DNA of 25,272 bases from a virus (Duplodnaviria > Caudoviricetes): positions 1 to 25,272 of IMG/VR virus record IMGVR_UViG_3300042568_000961, one strand, 5' to 3'. Below, piece after piece: positions 24,666 to 25,272 of this stretch. The position numbers were made by a program, and so were the translations under genes. Numbering within the stretch: position 1 is the first letter of the stretch; every line of letters starts with the position of its first letter. The notes under the pieces are model-generated. The model worked only from the letters and a program-made list of their open reading frames with translations. It had not been told where the DNA came from and made no database searches.

Positions 24666-25272
24666 TGAAACTAATCACAGAACTCAATGAAGACATAAAA
24701 TACATCAAGGAAAACGTCGGAAACGGTGAAAAAGCATATTTCATCGAAGGCGTTTTCATGCAATCTGGTGTAAAGAATCGCAATGGCCGCATTTATCCAC
24801 AGGGAACCTTACTCAAGGAATGCAAGCGCTATATCACTGAGTATGTGAACAAAGGTCGTGCTTTAGGTGAGCTAAACCACCCATCAGGGCCAACCGTAAA
24901 CTTGGATAGAGTATCGCACATCGTCAAGGAATTGAACGAAGATGGCAATACCGTATATGGGAAGGCCAAAGTTTTAGATACCCCAATGGGTCGTATCGTA
25001 AAAAATCTAATTGAAGAGGGCGCTCAACTCGGAGTATCCAGCCGTGGAATGGGTTCTTTAAAGTCCAAGAACGGCTACCAAGAAGTTCAAGAAGACTTTA
25101 TGTTGGCCGCAATCGATATCGTTGCTGATCCTTCTGCTCCAAATGCTTTCGTCAATGGAATCATGGAAGGCCGCGAATGGATGTTTATTGATGGAATCTG
25201 GCAAGAAAGAGAAGCAGCTGCGGCCAAGAAACTTATTAGAGAATCCTCCAAGACTGATTTGAATAAGAACAT
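24665..25272 (+). CDS. gp21: Prohead core protease gp21 (3'-truncated); absent from the ORF track
   Basis: MKLITE...FIEGVFMQ...NRNGRIYP...RALGELNHP...GVSSRGMGS...DIVADPSAPNAFVNGIMEGREW. Confidence 0.97.
   Translation, partial: MKLITELNEDIKYIKENVGNGEKAYFIEGVFMQSGVKNRNGRIYPQGTLLKECKRYITEYVNKGRALGELNHPSGPTVNLDRVSHIVKELNEDGNTVYGKAKVLDTPMGRIVKNLIEEGAQLGVSSRGMGSLKSKNGYQEVQEDFMLAAIDIVADPSAPNAFVNGIMEGREWMFIDGIWQEREAAAAKKLIRESSKTDLNKN

Noticed and set aside
1-25272. No called gene ends in TAG, suggesting possible amber recoding
   Set aside because: Conserved genes are full length under the standard code and no in-frame TAG needs read-through. Low TAG use is common in AT-rich phages.

Overview
A 25 kb segment of an AT-rich, T4-like (cyanophage/freshwater-myovirus-type) dsDNA phage genome. 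From left to right it contains: (1) small accessory genes (Cys-rich protein, ferritin/Dps-like protein, HExxH peptidase divergent from a small winged-HTH gene); (2) two leftward Gly/Thr-rich putative virion genes; (3) gp33 and gp32; (4) a leftward gp4-gp54-gp26-gp51-orf139 block; (5) a long rightward morphogenesis operon: gp48, gp53, split gp27-like hub, gp25, gp6, gp7-like, Cys-rich protein, gp13-gp18, two gp19 copies, gp20, two core-protein paralogs and a truncated gp21. All protein calls come from motif recognition and gene order; no searches were run. The strongest novel-looking signal is that the gp51-like frame has no start codon upstream of its conserved region and is entered by a -1 slip at T-TTT-TTT at the end of gp26, like the lambda G/GT tail-chaperone frameshift. 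Other signals: a strongly reduced tail module, a G-x-[S/T] motif enriched in virion proteins, and late promoters placed to give near-leaderless mRNAs. No tRNA, rRNA, CRISPR array or mobile element was recognised.
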